Source: Octopus bimaculoides (taxonomy: Eukaryota). Taken from it: a stretch of 64,000 nt of DNA. Position numbers and translations under genes: made by a program. This document shows, one piece after another, positions 63,214 through 64,000 of the stretch. The first letter of the stretch is position 1; the number at the start of each line of letters is the position of its first letter. The stretch spans positions 91,923,260 through 91,987,259 of the forward strand of contig NC_068986.1 of the NCBI RefSeq assembly GCF_001194135.2, in the 5' to 3' direction. A model generated the notes under the pieces. The model did no database searches and had not been told where the DNA came from. It worked only from the letters and a program-made list of their open reading frames with translations.

Positions 63214-63742
63214 CATCATCATCATCATCATCGTTTAACGTCCGCTTTCCATGCTAGCATGGGTTGGACGATTTGACTGAGGACTGGCAAGCTAGAAGGC
63301 TGCACCAGGCTCCAATCTGATCTGGCAGAGTTTCTACAGCTGGATTCCCTTCCTAACACCAACCACTCTGAGAGTGTAGTGGGTGCNNNNNNNNNNGATT
63401 CCCTTCCTAACACCAACCACTCTGAGAGTGTAGTGGGTGCATTTTACGTGCCACTGGCACGGGGGCCAGTCACACGGTATTGGCACGGGGGCCAGTCACA
63501 CGGTACTGGCAATGGCCATGCTCAAAAAGGTGCTTTTTACATGCCACCTGCAAGGGAGCCAGTCCAGCTGCACTGGCAACGACCTCGCTCGAATGATTTT
63601 CGAACGTGCCACCAGCACAAGTGCTAGAAGGCAACGCTGGTAACGATTACGCTCAAATGGTGCTATTTACGGGCAACTAGCATGGAAGCCAGACAGCTGC
63701 TCTGGCAATGAACACGCTCGGACAGTGCTGTTAGTGCTCCAT
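63214..63742 (-). mobile_element. Family C repeat, long copy with a 10-N gap
   Basis: Family C consensus; local duplication across the gap. Confidence 0.85.
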
Positions 63743-63869
63743 TGTAGATATATTCTGAAAATCAGGTTAATATTCTGAACAATTATAATTTGAATAAATT
63801 TGATACATTGTTGGTCTGTAGTATTTGAAAGAAATGGCATTTTTATATCTTTCTTTTCTTTTACACCAG

Positions 63870-63929
63870 TGTTGCACCACTTGTAAGGGACAACGAGATG
63901 GATCCTTCTGCTCTTCAGTATTTAAACAG
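63870..63929 (+). CDS. MMAB: MMAB coding exon 8 (VAPLVRDNEMDPSALQYLNR), 60 nt; the final exon lies beyond the window
   Basis: Pyrimidine-rich acceptor ...TTACACCAG, donor AG|GTAAGT. The YLNR motif precedes LSD.LF in this family. Confidence 0.94.
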
Positions 63930-64000
63930 GTAAGTTCATAAGATCCCTTAAGCTTATAATATTAAGTGGGGTGATCTATCAACTTGTAATGTATACCTGT

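Overview
Eukaryotic, AT-rich, repeat-dense genomic DNA with about 17 assembly gaps. The repeat families look like those of Octopus (coleoid cephalopod); this is inferred from recognition of the repeats, not from a search. Two protein-coding genes are supported. (1) An intronless TRAPPC2/sedlin ORF at 2595-3026 (+). (2) MMAB (ATP:cob(I)alamin adenosyltransferase, cblB) on the + strand, with seven coding exons visible between 11939 and 63929. The expected 3n+1 exon 5 is not visible and probably lies in a gap, and the last exon is beyond the window. The rest is intron or intergenic sequence packed with tRNA-derived SINEs, RTE-tail repeats, LINE remnants, hAT and Tc1/mariner MITEs, three GG...CC elements with 8-bp TSDs (Merlin-like), fold-back elements and micro/minisatellites. 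The most unusual signal is a recurring set of short non-coding elements carrying minimal hammerhead-ribozyme (HHR) cores of the Penelope-like type. They are arranged as inverted arms or with terminal direct repeats, and two of them carry a tRNA-like Pol III head. These are candidate Penelope-mobilised, ribozyme-bearing SINEs or retrozymes.
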